Of a DNA stretch of 64,000 bases, positions 50,644 to 64,000 are shown in pieces; the first letter of the stretch is position 1, and the number at the start of each line of letters is the position of its first letter. The notes under the pieces were generated by a model, which worked only from the letters and a program-made list of their open reading frames with translations, was not told the DNA's origin and ran no database searches. The position numbers were made by a program, and so were the translations under genes. The DNA is taken from NCBI GenBank assembly GCA_040954595.2, contig CM082589.2:10180894-10244893 (forward strand), read 5' to 3'. This DNA comes from Balanoglossus misakiensis (lineage: Eukaryota > Animalia > Hemichordata).

Positions 50644-50711
50644 TCACTATAAACTTTAATCCCATTTCACCCCTTTTACTCAAAATGTAATGTTTAAATA
50701 GCAAAGAAGTT

Positions 50712-53700
50712 AATCACTAAACGTTGACACCGGGGTTTAAAATGCATACAGGGATACTAAAAGTTGACTGAAATCCCTGGGTTAATACGTGTCCAAAAGC
50801 AATTTTATTTGACATTGCTAATGCAACGATGACATTGAATCTGATTCTTTGCATTAGGGGGAATGGCGATGCAAGCTTGATGATGCAGCCAGGTAGATAG
50901 TGATGCAAACACTTCACTTTGACATAGGTATTTAATGCATGTGCATGGGTATTTAATGTTGACTGTAAATCCCCAGGTTAATACGTGGCCAAAAGCACTG
51001 TAATTTGACATTGCTAATGCTACCGTGACACTAAATCTGATTCTTGCATCAGGGTAAATTGTGAAGCAAGCTTGATGATGCATCATGATAGATGGTGTTT
51101 CAAGCCCTTCACATTGACATTGGAATATAACGCATATGGGGATTTAAAGTTGATTGTATATCCTCAGGTTAATACGTGGCCATAAGCACTGTAATTTGAC
51201 ATTGCTAATGCAACGATGATATTGAATCTGATTCTTTGCATCAGGGTAAATGGCGATGCAAGCTTGATGATGCATCCCGGTAGATAGTGATGCAAACACT
51301 TCACTTTGACATGGGTATTTAATGCATGCGCATTGATATTTAAAGTTGACTCTAAATCCCGAGGTTAATACATGGCCAAAAGCACTGTAATTTAAAATTA
51401 CTAATGCAAGCGTGACATTGAATATGGATAAATGGTGAAGCAAACGTGATGATGCATCAGGATAGATGGTGTTTGAAGCCCTTCACATTGACTTTTGAAT
51501 ATAATGCATATGGGGATTTAAAGTTGATTGTAAATCCCTAGGTTAATACATGGCCAAAAGCACTTTTATTTGACATTGCTAATGCAACGGTGACATTGAA
51601 TCTGATTCTATGCATCAGGGTAAATGGCGATACAGGCTTGATGATGCATCACGGTAGATAGTGATGCAAACAGTTCACTCTGACATGGGTATTAAATGCA
51701 TATGGGGATTTCAAGTTGATTACAAATCCCTGGGTTAATACGCACCCAAAAGCACTGTAGTTTGACATTGCTAATGAAATGGTGACATTGAATCTGATTC
51801 TATGCATCAGGGTAAATGGCGATACAGGCTTGATGATGCATCACGGTAGATAGTGATGCAAACAGTTCACTCTGACATGGGTATTAAATGCATATGGGGA
51901 TTTCAAGTTGATTACAAATCCCTGGGTTAATACGCACCCAAAAGCACTGTAGTTTGACATTGCTAATGAAATGGTGACATTGAATGTAATTCTTTGCATT
52001 AGGGGAAATGGCTAAAAGTTTAATGATGCATTGGAGTAGATGGTGATGCAAGCTATGCATTTTGACATAGGTATTTAATGCATGTGCATGGGTATTTAAT
52101 GTTGACTGTAAATCCCTAGGTTAATACATGTCCAAAAGCACTGTAATTTAAAATTGCTAATGCAAGGGTGACATTGAATCTGATTCTTTGCATCAGGGCA
52201 AATTCTGAAGAATGCTTGATGATGCACCAGGGTCAATGGTGATGCAATCACTAAACTTTTACACCGGGGTTTAAAATGTATACAGGGGGATTAAAAGTTG
52301 ACTGTAAATCCCCAGGTTAATACAAGTCCAAAAGCACTTTAATTTGACATTGCTAATACAACGGTGACATTTAATCTGATTCTTTGCATCAGGGAAAATG
52401 GTGAAGCAAGCTTAATAATGCATCGGAGTAAATGGTGATGCAAGCTCTGCACTTTGACATAGGTATTAAATGTATATGCATGGGTATTTAAAGTTGTCCG
52501 TAAATCCCGAGGTTAATACGTGGCCATAGGCACTGTAATTTGACATTGCTAATGCTACCGTGATACTAAATCTGATTCTTTGCATCAGGGTAAATTGTGA
52601 AGCAAGCTTGATGATGTATCATGATAGATGGTGTTTCAAGCCCTTCACATTGACATTGGAATATAACGCACATGGGGATTTAAAGTTGATTGTATGGCCA
52701 AAAGCACTGTAATTTGACATTGCTAATGCTACAGTGACATTGAATCTGATTCTTTGCATTAGGGCAAATGGCGAAGCAAGCTTGATGATGCATCACGGTA
52801 GATATTGATGCAAGCACTTCGCTTTGACATAGGTATAAAATTCATATGGGGATTTCAAGTTGATTATAAATCCCTGGGTTAATATGTGGCCGAAAGCACT
52901 TTTATTTGCCATTGCTAATGCTATGGTGACACTGATTATTTGCATCAGGGTTAATGGCGAAGCAGCTTGATGATGCATCAGGATACATGGTGATGCAAGC
53001 TCTGCACTTTGACATGAGGATTAAATGCATGCTGAGGGGGATTTAAAGTTGTCAAAACAAACTTGATGATGCATCAGGGTAGAAGGTATTTCAAGCCCTT
53101 CACATTGACATTGGAATATAACGCATATGGGGATTTAAAGTTGATTGTAAATCCCCAGGTTGATACGTGGCCATAAGCACTGTAGTTTGACATTGCTAAT
53201 GCTACCGTGACATTAAATCTGATTCTTTCCATCGGGGTAAATTGTGAAGCAAGCTTGATGATGCATCAGGACAGATGGTGTTTCAAGCCCTTCACATTGA
53301 CAATGGAATATAACGCATATGGGGATTTAAAGTTGATTGAAAATCCCTAGGTTAATACATGGCCAAAAGCACTGTAATTTAAAATTGCAAATGCAATGGT
53401 GACATTGAATGTCATTCTTTGCATTAGGGGAAATGGCGTAGCAAGCATAATGGTACATCAGAGTAGATGGTGATGCAAGCTCTGCACTTTGACATAGATA
53501 TTTAATGCATATGCATGGGTATTTAATGTCGACTGTAAATCCCCAGGTTAATATATGTCCAAAAGCACTGTAATTTAAAATTGCTAATGCAAGGGTGACA
53601 TTGAATCTGATTCTTTGCATTATGGGGAATGGCGATGCAAACCTAATGATGCATCAGAGTAGATGGTGATGCAAGCTCTGCACTTTGACATAGGTATTTA

Positions 53701-56700
53701 ATGTATATGCATGGGTATTTAAAGTTGTCTGTAAATTCCCAGGTTAATACGTGGCAATAAGCACTGTAATTTGACATTGCTAATGAAATGGTGACGCTGA
53801 ATGTGATTTTTTGCATCAGGGTAAATTGTGAAGCAAGCTTGATGATGCATCAGGATAGATGGTGTTTCAAGCCCTTCACTTGACATTGGAATATAACGCA
53901 TATGGGGATTTAAAGTTAATTGCAAATCCATAGGTTAATACATGGCCAAAAACACTGTAATTTAAAATTGCTAATGCAATGGTGACATTGAATGTGATTC
54001 TTTGCATTAGGGGAAATGGCGTAGCAAGCCTAATGGTGCATCAGAGTAAATGGTGATGCAAGCTCTACACTTTGACATAGGTATTTAATGGATATGCATG
54101 GGTATTTAATGTTGACTGTAAATCCTCAGGTTAATACGTGGCCATAAGCACTGTAATTTGACATTGCTAATGCAACGGTGACATTGAATCTGATTCTTTG
54201 CATAAGGGTGAATGGCGATGCAAGCTTGATGATGCATCACGGTAGATAGTGATGCAAACACTTCACTTTGACATGGGTATCAAATGCATATAGGGATTTG
54301 CTAATGCTACCATGACACTAAATCTGATTTTTTGCATCAGGGAAAATGGTGAAGCAAGCTTGATGATGCATCATGATAGATGGTGTTTCAAGCCCTTCAC
54401 ATTGACATTAGAATATAATGCATATGGGGATTTAAAGTTGATTGTAAATCCCCAGGTTAGTATACGGCCAAACGCACTATAATTTGACATTGCTAATGCA
54501 ACAGTGACATTGAATCTGATTCTTTGCATTAGGGCAAATGGCGAAGCAAGCTTGATGATGCATCACGGTAGATATTGATGCAAGCACTTCGCTTTGACAT
54601 AGGTATAAAATTCATATAGGGATTTCAAGTTGATTATAAATCCCTGGGTTAATATGTGGCCGAAAGCACTTTTATTTGCCATTGCTAATGCTATGGCGAC
54701 ACTAAATCTGATTCTTTGCATCAGGGTAAATTGTGAAGAAAGCTTGATGATGCATCAGTATAGATGGTGTTTCAAGCCGTTCAAGTTAACATTGCAATAT
54801 AATGCATATGGGGATTTGAAGTTGATTGAAACCCGCAAGTTAATACATGGCCAAATGCTCAGTAATTTGACATTGCTGATGCTATGGTGACACTGATTAT
54901 TTGCATCAGGGTTAATGGCGAAACAAACTTGATGATGCATCAGGGTAGATGGTATTTCAAGCCCTTCACATTGACATTGGAATATAATGCATATGGGGAT
55001 TTAAAGTTGATTGTAAATCCCCAGGTTAATACATAGCCAAAAGCACTGTAATTTGACATGGCTAATGCTACTGTGATACTAAATCTGATTCTTTGCATCA
55101 GGGCATATAGCGAAGCATGCTTGGTGATGCATCAGGATCAATGGTGATGGAGACACTGCACTTTGACATGCGTATTTAATGCATATGCACAGATGTTTAA
55201 AGTTGACTGTAAATCGCCAGGTTAATACGTGGCCAAAAGCACAGTAATTTGACATTGCGAATGCAACAGTGACATTTAATCTGATTCTTTGCATTAAGGC
55301 AAATGGCGAAGCATGCTTGACGATGCATCACAGTAGATAGTGATGCAAACACTTCGCTTAGACATGGGTATAAAAAGCATATAGGGATTTCAAATAGATT
55401 ATAAATCCCTGTGTTAATACGTGTCCAAAAGCACTGTAATTTGACATTGCTTATGCAATGGTGACACTATATCTGATTCTTTGCATCAGGGCAAATGGCG
55501 AAGCAGCTTGATGATGCATCAGGATAGATGGTGATGCAAGCTCTGCACTTTGACATGGGGATTAAATGCATGCTGAGGGGGATTTAAAGTTGTCAAAACA
55601 AACTTGATGATGCATCAGGGTAGATGGTATTTCAAGCCCTTCACATTGACATTGGAATATAACGCATATGGGGATTTAAAGTTGATTGTAAATCCCCAGG
55701 TTGATACGTGGCCATAAGCACTGTAGTTTGACATTGCTAATGCTACCATGACATTAAATCTGATTCTTTCCATCGGGGTAAATTGTGAAGCAAGCTTGAT
55801 GATGCATCAGGACAGATGGTGTTTCAAGCCCTTCACATTGACAATGGAATATAACGCATATGGGGATTTAAAGTTGATTGAAAATCCCTAGGTTAATACA
55901 TGGCCAAAAGCACTGTAATTTACAATTGCAAATGCAATGGTGACATTGAATGTCATTCTTTGCATTAGGGGAAATGGCGTAGCGAGCATAATGGTGCATC
56001 AGAGTAGATGGTGATGTAAGCTATGCATTGTGACATAGGTATTTAATGCCTATGCATGGGTATTTAATGTTGACTGTAAATCCCCAGGTTAATACATGTC
56101 CAAAAGCACTGTAATTTAAAATTGCTAATGCAAGGGTGATATTGAATCTGATTCTTTGCATCAGGGCAAATTCTGAAGAATGCTTGATGATGCACCAGGG
56201 TCAATGGTGATGCAATCACTAAACTTTGACACCGAGGTTTAAAATGTATACAGGGGGATTAAAAGTTGACTGTAAATCCCCAGGTTAATACAAGTCCAAA
56301 AGCACCGTAATTTGACATTGATAATACAACGGTGACATTTAAACTGATTCTTTGCATCAGGGCAAATGGTGAAGCAAGCTTAATAATGCATCGGAGTATA
56401 TGGTGATGCAAGCTCTGCATTTTGACATAGGTATTAAATGTATATGCATGGGTATTTAAAGTTGTCTGTAAATCCCCAGGTTAATACGTGGCCATAATCA
56501 CTGTAATTTGACATTGCTAATGCTACCGTGATACTAAATCTGATTCTTTGCATCAGGGTAAATTGTGAAGCAAGCTTGATGATGTATCATGATAGATGGT
56601 GTTTCAAGCCCTTCACATTGACATTGGAATATAACGCATATGGGGATTTAAAGTTGATTGTAAATCCCCAGGTTAATACATGGCCAAAAGCACTGTAATT

Positions 56701-59700
56701 TAAAATTGCTAATGCAATGGTGACATTGAATGTGATTCTTTGCATTAGGGGAAATGGCGTAGCAAGCCTAATGGTGCATCAGAGTAGATGGTGATGCAAG
56801 CTCTGCACTTTGACATAGGTATTTAATGCATATGCATGGGTATTTAATGTTGACTGTAAATCCTCAGGTTAATACGTGGCCATAAGCACTGTAATTTGAC
56901 ATTGCTAATGCAACGATGATATTGAATCTGAGTCTTTGCATCAGGGTAAATGGCGATGCAAGCTTGATGATGCATCTCAGTAGATAGTGATGCAAACACT
57001 TCACTTTGACATGGGTATTTAATGCATGCGCATTGATATTTAAAGTTGACTCTAAATCCCGAGGTTAATACATGGCCAAAAGCACTGTAATTTAAAATTA
57101 CTAATGCAAGGGTGACATTGAATATGGATAAATGGTGAAGCAAACGTGATGATGCATCAGGATAGATGGTGTTCCAAGCCCTTCACATTGACTTTTGAAT
57201 ATAATGCATATGGGGATTTAATGTTGACTGTAAATCCTCAGGTTAATACGTGGCCATAAGCACTGTAATTTGACATTGCTAATGCAACGATGATATTGAA
57301 TCTTGAGTCTTTGCATCAGGGTAAATGGCGATGCAAGCTTGATGATGCATCTCAGTAGATAGTGATGCAAACACTTCACTTTGACATGGGTATTTAATGT
57401 ATGCGCATTGATATTTAAAGTTGACTCTAAATCCCGAGGTTAATACATGGCCAAAAGCACTGTAATTTAAAATTACTAATGCAAGGGTGACATTGAATAT
57501 GGATAAATGGTGAAGCAAACGTGATGATGCATCAGGATAGATGGTGTTCCAAGCCCTTCACATTGACTTTTGAATATAATGCATATGGGGATTTAAAGTT
57601 GATTGTAAATCCCTAGGTTAATAATGGCCAAAAGCACTTTTATTTGACATTGCTAATGCAACGGTGACATTGAATCTGATTCTATGCATAAGGGTAAATG
57701 GCGATGCAGGCTTGATGATGCATCACGGTAGATAGTGATGCAAACAGTTCACTTTGACATGGGTATTAAATGCATATGGGGATTTCAAGTTGATTACAAA
57801 TCCTTGGGTTAATACGCATCCAAAAGCACTGTAATTTGACATTGCTAATGAAATGGTGACATTGAATGTAATTCTTTGCATTAGGGGAAATGGCTAAGCA
57901 AGCTTAATGATGCATTGGAGTAGATGGTGATGCAAGCTATGCATTTTGACATAGGTATTTAATGCATGTGCATGGGTATTTAATGTTGACTGTAAATCCC
58001 TAGGTTAATACATGTCCAAAAGCACTGTAATTTAAAATTGCTAATGCAAGGGTGACATTGAATCTGATTCTTTGCATCAGGGCAAATTCTGAAGAATGCT
58101 TGATGATGCACCAGGGTCAATGGTGATGCAATCACTAAACTTTGACACCGGGGTTTAAAATGTATACAGGGGGATTAAAAGTTGACTGTAAATCCCTGGG
58201 TTAATACAAGTCCAAAAGCACTTTAATTTGACATTGCTAATACAACGGTGACATTTAATCTGATTCTTTGCATCAGGGAAAATGGCGAAGCAAGCTTAAT
58301 AATGCATTGGAGTATATGGTGATGCAAGCTCTGCATTTTGACATAGGTATTAAATGTATATGCAAGGGTATTTAAAGTTGTCCGTACATCCCGAGGTTAA
58401 TACGTGGCCATAGGCACTGTAATTTGACATTGCTAATGCTACCGTGATACTAAATCTGATTCTTTGCATCAGGGAAAATGGTGAAGCAAGCTTGATGATG
58501 CATCAGGATAGATGGTGTTTCAAGCCCTTCACATTGACATTAGAATATAATGCATATGGGGATTTAAAGTTGATTGTAAATCCCCAGGTTAGTATACGGC
58601 CAAACGAACTGTAATTTGACATTGCTAATGCAAGGGTGACATTGAATCTGATTCTTTGCATTAGGGCAAATGGCGAAGCAAGCTTGATGATGCATCACGG
58701 TAGATATTGATGCAAGCACTTCGCTTTGACATAGGTATAAAATTCATATGGGGATTTCAAGTTGATTATAAATCCCTGGGTTAATATGTGGCCGAAAGCA
58801 CTTTTATTTGCCATTGCTAATGCTATGGTGACACTGATTATTTGCATCAGGGTTAATGGCGAAACAAACTTGATGCATCAGGGTAGATGGTTTTTCAAGC
58901 CCTTCACATTGACATTGGAATATAATGCATATGGGGATTTAAAGTTGACTGTAAATCGCCAGGTTAATACGTGGCCAAAAGCACAGTAATTTGACATTGC
59001 GAATGCAACAGTGACATTTAATGTGATTCTTTGCATTAGGGCAAATGGCGAAGCATGCTTGACGATGCATTACTGTAGATAGTGATGCAAACACTTCGCT
59101 TTGACATGGGTATAAAAAGCATATGGGGATTTCAAGTTGATTATAAATCCCGATGTTTATACATGGCCAAAAGCACAGTAATTTGACATTGCTAATGCAA
59201 TGGTGACATTGAATCTGATTCTTTGCATCAGCGTAAATGGCGAAGCATGCTTGATGATGCATCACAGTAGATAGTGATGCAAACACTTCGCTTAGACATG
59301 GGTATAAAAAGCATATAGGGATTTCAAGTAGATTATAAATCCCTGTGTTAATACGTGTCCAAAAGCACTGTAATTTGACATTGCTAATGCAATGTTGACA
59401 CTATATCTGATTCTTTGCATCAGGGCAAATGGGGAAGCAGCTTGATGATGGATCAGGGTAGATGGTATTTCAAGCCCTTCACATTGACATTGGAATATAA
59501 CGCATATGGGGATTTAAAGTTGATTGTAAATCCCCAGGTTGATACGTGGCCATAAGCACTGTAGTTTGACATTGCTAATGCTACCGTGACATTAAATCTG
59601 ATTCTTTCCATCGGGGTAAATTGTGAAGCAAGCTTGATGATGCATCAGGACAGATGGTGTTTCAAGCCCTTCACATTGACAATGGAATATAACGCATATG

Positions 59701-62700
59701 GGGATTTAAAGTTGATTGAAAATCCCTAGGTTAATACATGGCCAAAAGCACTGTAATTTAAAATTGCAAATGCAATGGTGACATTGAATGTCATTCTTTG
59801 CATTAGGGGAAATGGCGTAGCAAGCATAATGGTACATCAGAGTAGATGGTGATGCAAGCTCTGCACTTTGACATAGATATTTAATGCATATGCATGGGTA
59901 TTTAATGTCGACTGTAAATCCCCAGGTTAATATATGTCCAAAAGCACTGTAATTTAAAATTGCTAATGCAAGGGTGACATTGAATCTGATTCTTTGCATT
60001 ATGGGGAATGGCGATGCAAACCTAATGATGCATCAGAGTAGATGGTGATGCAAGCTCTGCACTTTGACATAGGTATTTAATGTATATGCATGGGTATTTA
60101 AAGTTGTCTGTAAATTCCCAGGTTAATACGTGGCAATAAGCACTGTAATTTGACATTGCTAATGAAATGGTGACGCTGAATGTGATTTTTTGCATCAGGG
60201 TAAATTGTGAAGCAAGCTTGATGATGCATCAGGATAGATGGTGTTTCAAGCCCTTCACTTGACATTGGAATATAACGCATATGGGGATTTAAAGTTAATT
60301 GCAAATCCATAGGTTAATACATGGCCAAAAACACTGTAATTTAAAATTGCTAATGCAATGGTGACATTGAATGTGATTCTTTGCATTAGGGGAAATGGCG
60401 TAGCAAGCCTAATGGTGCATCAGAGTAAATGGTGATGCAAGCTCTGCACTTTGACATAGGTATTTAATGTATATGCATGGGTATTTAAAGTTGTCTGTAA
60501 ATTCCCAGGTTAATACGTGGCAATAAGCACTGTAATTTGACATTGCTAATGAAATGGTGACGCTGAATGTGATTTTTTGCATCAGGGTAAATTGTGAAGC
60601 AAGCTTGATGATGCATCAGGATAGATGGTGTTTCAAGCCCTTCACTTGACATTGGAATATAACGCATATGGGGATTTAAAGTTAATTGCAAATCCATAGG
60701 TTAATACATGGCCAAAAACACTGTAATTTAAAATTGCTAATGCAATGGTGACATTGAATGTGATTCTTTGCATTAGGGGAAATGGCGTAGCAAGCCTAAT
60801 GGTGCATCAGAGTAAATGGTGATGCAAGCTCTGCACTTTGACATAGGTATTTAATGGATATGCATGGGTATTTAATGTTGACTGTAAATCCTCAGGTTAA
60901 TACGTGGCCATAAGCACTGTAATTTGACATTGCTAATGCAACGGTGACATTGAATCTGATTCTTTGCATAAGGGTGAATGGCGATGCAAGCTTGATGATG
61001 CATCACGGTAGATAGTGATGCAAACACTTCACTTTGACATGGGTATCAAATGCATATGGGGATTTGCTAATGCTACCATGACACTAAATCTGATTTTTTG
61101 CATCAGGGAAAATGGTGAAGCAAGCTTGATGATGCATCATGATAGATGGTGTTTCAAGCCCTTCACATTGATATTAGAATATAATGCATATGGGGATTTA
61201 AAGTTGATTGTAAATCCCCAGGTTAGTATACGGCCAAACGCACTATAATTTGACATTGCTAATGCAACAGTGACATTGAATCTGATTCTTTGCATTAGGG
61301 CAAATGGCGAAGCAAGCTTGATGATGCATCACTGTAGATATTGATGCAAGCACTTCGCTTTGACATAGGTATAAAATTCATATAGGGATTTCAAGTTGAT
61401 TATAAATCCCTGGGTTAATATGTGGCCGAAAGCACTTTTATTTGCCATTGCTAATGCTATGGCGACACTAAATCTGATTCTTTGCATCAGGGTAAATTGT
61501 GAAGAAAGCTTGATGATGCATCAGTATAGATGGTGTTTCAAGCCGTTCAAGTTAACATTGCAATATAATGCATATGGGGATTTGAAGTTGATTGTAAACC
61601 CGCAAGTTAATACATGGCCAAATGCTCAGTAATTTGACATTGCTGATGCTATGGTGACACTGATTATTTGCATCAGGGTTAATGGCGAAACAAACTTGAT
61701 GATGCATCAGGGTAGATGGTATTTCAAGCCCTTCACATTGACATTGGAATATAATGCATATGGGGATTTAAAGTTGATTGTAAATCCCCAGGTTAATACA
61801 TAGCCAAAAGCACTGTAATTTGACATGGCTAATGCTACTGTGATACTAAATCTGATTCTTTGCATCAGGGCATATAGCGAAGCATGCTTGGTGATGCATC
61901 AGGATCAATGGTGATGGAGACACTGCACTTTGACATGCGTATTTAATGCATATGCACAGATGTTTAAAGTTGACTGTAAATCGCCAGGTTAATACGTGGC
62001 CAAAAGCACAGTAATTTGACATTGCGAATGCAACAGTGACATTTAATCTGATTCTTTGCATTAAGGCAAATGGCGAAGCATGCTTGACGATGCATCACAG
62101 TAGATAGTGATGCAAACACTTCGCTTAGACATGGGTATAAAAAGCATATAGGGATTTCAAATAGATTATAAATCCCTGTGTTAATACGTGTCCAAAAGCA
62201 CTGTAATTTGACATTGCTTATGCAATGGTGACACTATATCTGATTCTTTGCATCAGGGCAAATGGCGAAGCAGCTTGATGATGCATCAGGATAGATGGTG
62301 ATGCAAGCTCTGCACTTTGACATGGGGATTAAATGCATGCTGAGGGGGATTTAAAGTTGTCAAAACAAACTTGATGATGCATCAGGGTAGATGGTATTTC
62401 AAGCCCTTCACATTGACATTGGAATATAACGCATATGGGGATTTAAAGTTGATTGTAAATCCCCAGGTTGATACGTGGCCATAAGCACTGTAGTTTGACA
62501 TTGCTAATGCTACCGTGACATTAAATCTGATTCTTTCCATCGGGGTAAATTGTGAAGCAAGCTTGATGATGCATCAGGACAGATGGTGTTTCAAGCCCTT
62601 CACATTGACAATGGAATATAACGCATATGGGGATTTAAAGTTGATTGAAAATCCCTAGGTTAATACATGGCCAAAAGCACTGTAATTTACAATTGCAAAT

Positions 62701-64000
62701 GCAATGGTGACATTGAATGTCATTCTTTGCATTAGGGGAAATGGCGTAGCGAGCATAATGGTGCATCAGAGTAGATGGTGATGCAAGCTATGCATTGTGA
62801 CATAGGTATTTAATGCCTATGCATGGGTATTTAATGTTGACTGTAAATCCCCAGGTTAATACATGTCCAAAAGCACTGTAATTTAAAATTGCTAATGCAA
62901 GGGTGATATTGAATCTGATTCTTTGCATCAGGGCAAATTCTGAAGAATGCTTGATGATGCACCAGGGTCAATGATGATGCAATCACTAAACTTTGACACC
63001 GGGGTTTAAAATGTATACAGGGGGATTAAAAGTTGACTGTAAATCCCCAGGTTTCAAGCCCTTCACATTGACATTGGAATATAACGCATACGGGGATTTA
63101 AAGTTGATTATAAATCCCCAGGTTAATACATGGCCAAAAGCAATGGTGACATTGAATGTGATTCTTTGCATTAGGGGAAATGGCGTAGCAAGCCTAATGG
63201 TGCATCAGAGTAGATGGTGATGCAAGCTCTGCATTTTGACATAGGTATTAAATGTATATGCAAGGGTATTTAAAGTTGTCCGTACATCCCGAGGTTAATA
63301 CGTGGCCATAGGCACTGTAATTTGACATTGCTAATGCTACCGTGATACTAAATCTGATTCTTTGCATCAGGGAAAATGGTGAAGCAAGCTTGATGATGCA
63401 TCAGGATAGATGGTGTTTCAAGCCCTTCACATTGACATTAGAATATAATGCATATGGGGATTTAAAGTTGATTGTAAATCCCCAGGTTAGTAAACGGCCA
63501 AACGAACTGTAATTTGACATTGCTAATGCTACAGTGACATTGAATCTGATTCTTTGCATTAGGGCAAATGGCGAAGCAAGCTTGATGATGCATCACGGTA
63601 GATATTGATGCAAGCACTTCGCTTTGACATAGGTATAAAATTCATATGGGGATTTCAAGTTGATTATAAATCCCTGGGTTAATATGTGGCCGAAAGCACT
63701 TTTATTTGCCATTGCTAATGCTATGGTGACACTGATTATTTGCATCAGGGTTAATGGCGAAACAAACTTGATGATGCATCAGGGTAGATGGTTTTTCAAG
63801 CCCTTCACATTGACATTGGAATATAATGCATATGGGGATTTAAAGTTGACTGTAAATCGCCAGGTTAATACGTGGCCAAAAGCACAGTAATTTGACATTG
63901 CGAATGCAACAGTGACATTTAATGTGATTCTTTGCATTAGGGCAAATGGCGAAGCATGCTTGACGATGCATTACTGTAGATAGTGATGCAAACACTTCGC
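50712..64000. repeat. ~192-196-bp satellite array (~69 monomers, several subtypes, kb-scale higher-order duplications), continuing past the window end
   Basis: gttaatac marker spacing 196, 191, 196, 178, 192, 192...; repeated ORF-track peptides at offsets 387, 4898, 5700, 6379 and 6766. Confidence 0.95.

Noticed and set aside
31806-63890. Dozens of short ORFs in the satellite regions, including the 18-aa repeat ORF 48462-48830
   Set aside because: They are chance translations of tandem repeats, and their frames are not conserved between units.

Overview
AT-rich metazoan genomic DNA (probably a marine invertebrate; taxon is inferred, not shown) that grades from a decayed gene region into satellite DNA. 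No intact protein-coding gene is present. (1) 76-21796: a + strand spliced pseudogene made of Gln/Pro/Ser-rich exons and four calcium-binding EGF exons, with nonsense, Cys-loss and frameshift lesions. (2) About 3.9-13.0 kb, inside an intron of that gene: a disrupted AcademX-type DNA transposon (DDE transposase + XPG/FEN1-like nuclease + Cys-rich finger). It carries an OTU-family cysteine-protease domain in frame inside the transposase core. It is interrupted by four nested insertions: a Tx1/L1-like LINE (13-bp TSD), a TTAA/Kolobok-type MITE, a Transib-like MITE (5-bp TSD) and a Helentron-type HINE composite. Removing the two MITEs restores the reading frame. (3) 14-31 kb: many MITEs and HINE remnants, plus a CpG-rich patch with possible minus-strand exons. 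(4) 31.3-48.4 kb: a ~0.9-kb macrosatellite from which a 116-bp satellite has expanded, duplicated at ~6.5 kb and carrying a HINE and an AcademH-like MITE. (5) 50.7-64 kb: a ~192-196-bp satellite with several monomer subtypes and kb-scale higher-order duplications. All calls come from manual reading; no database search was run.
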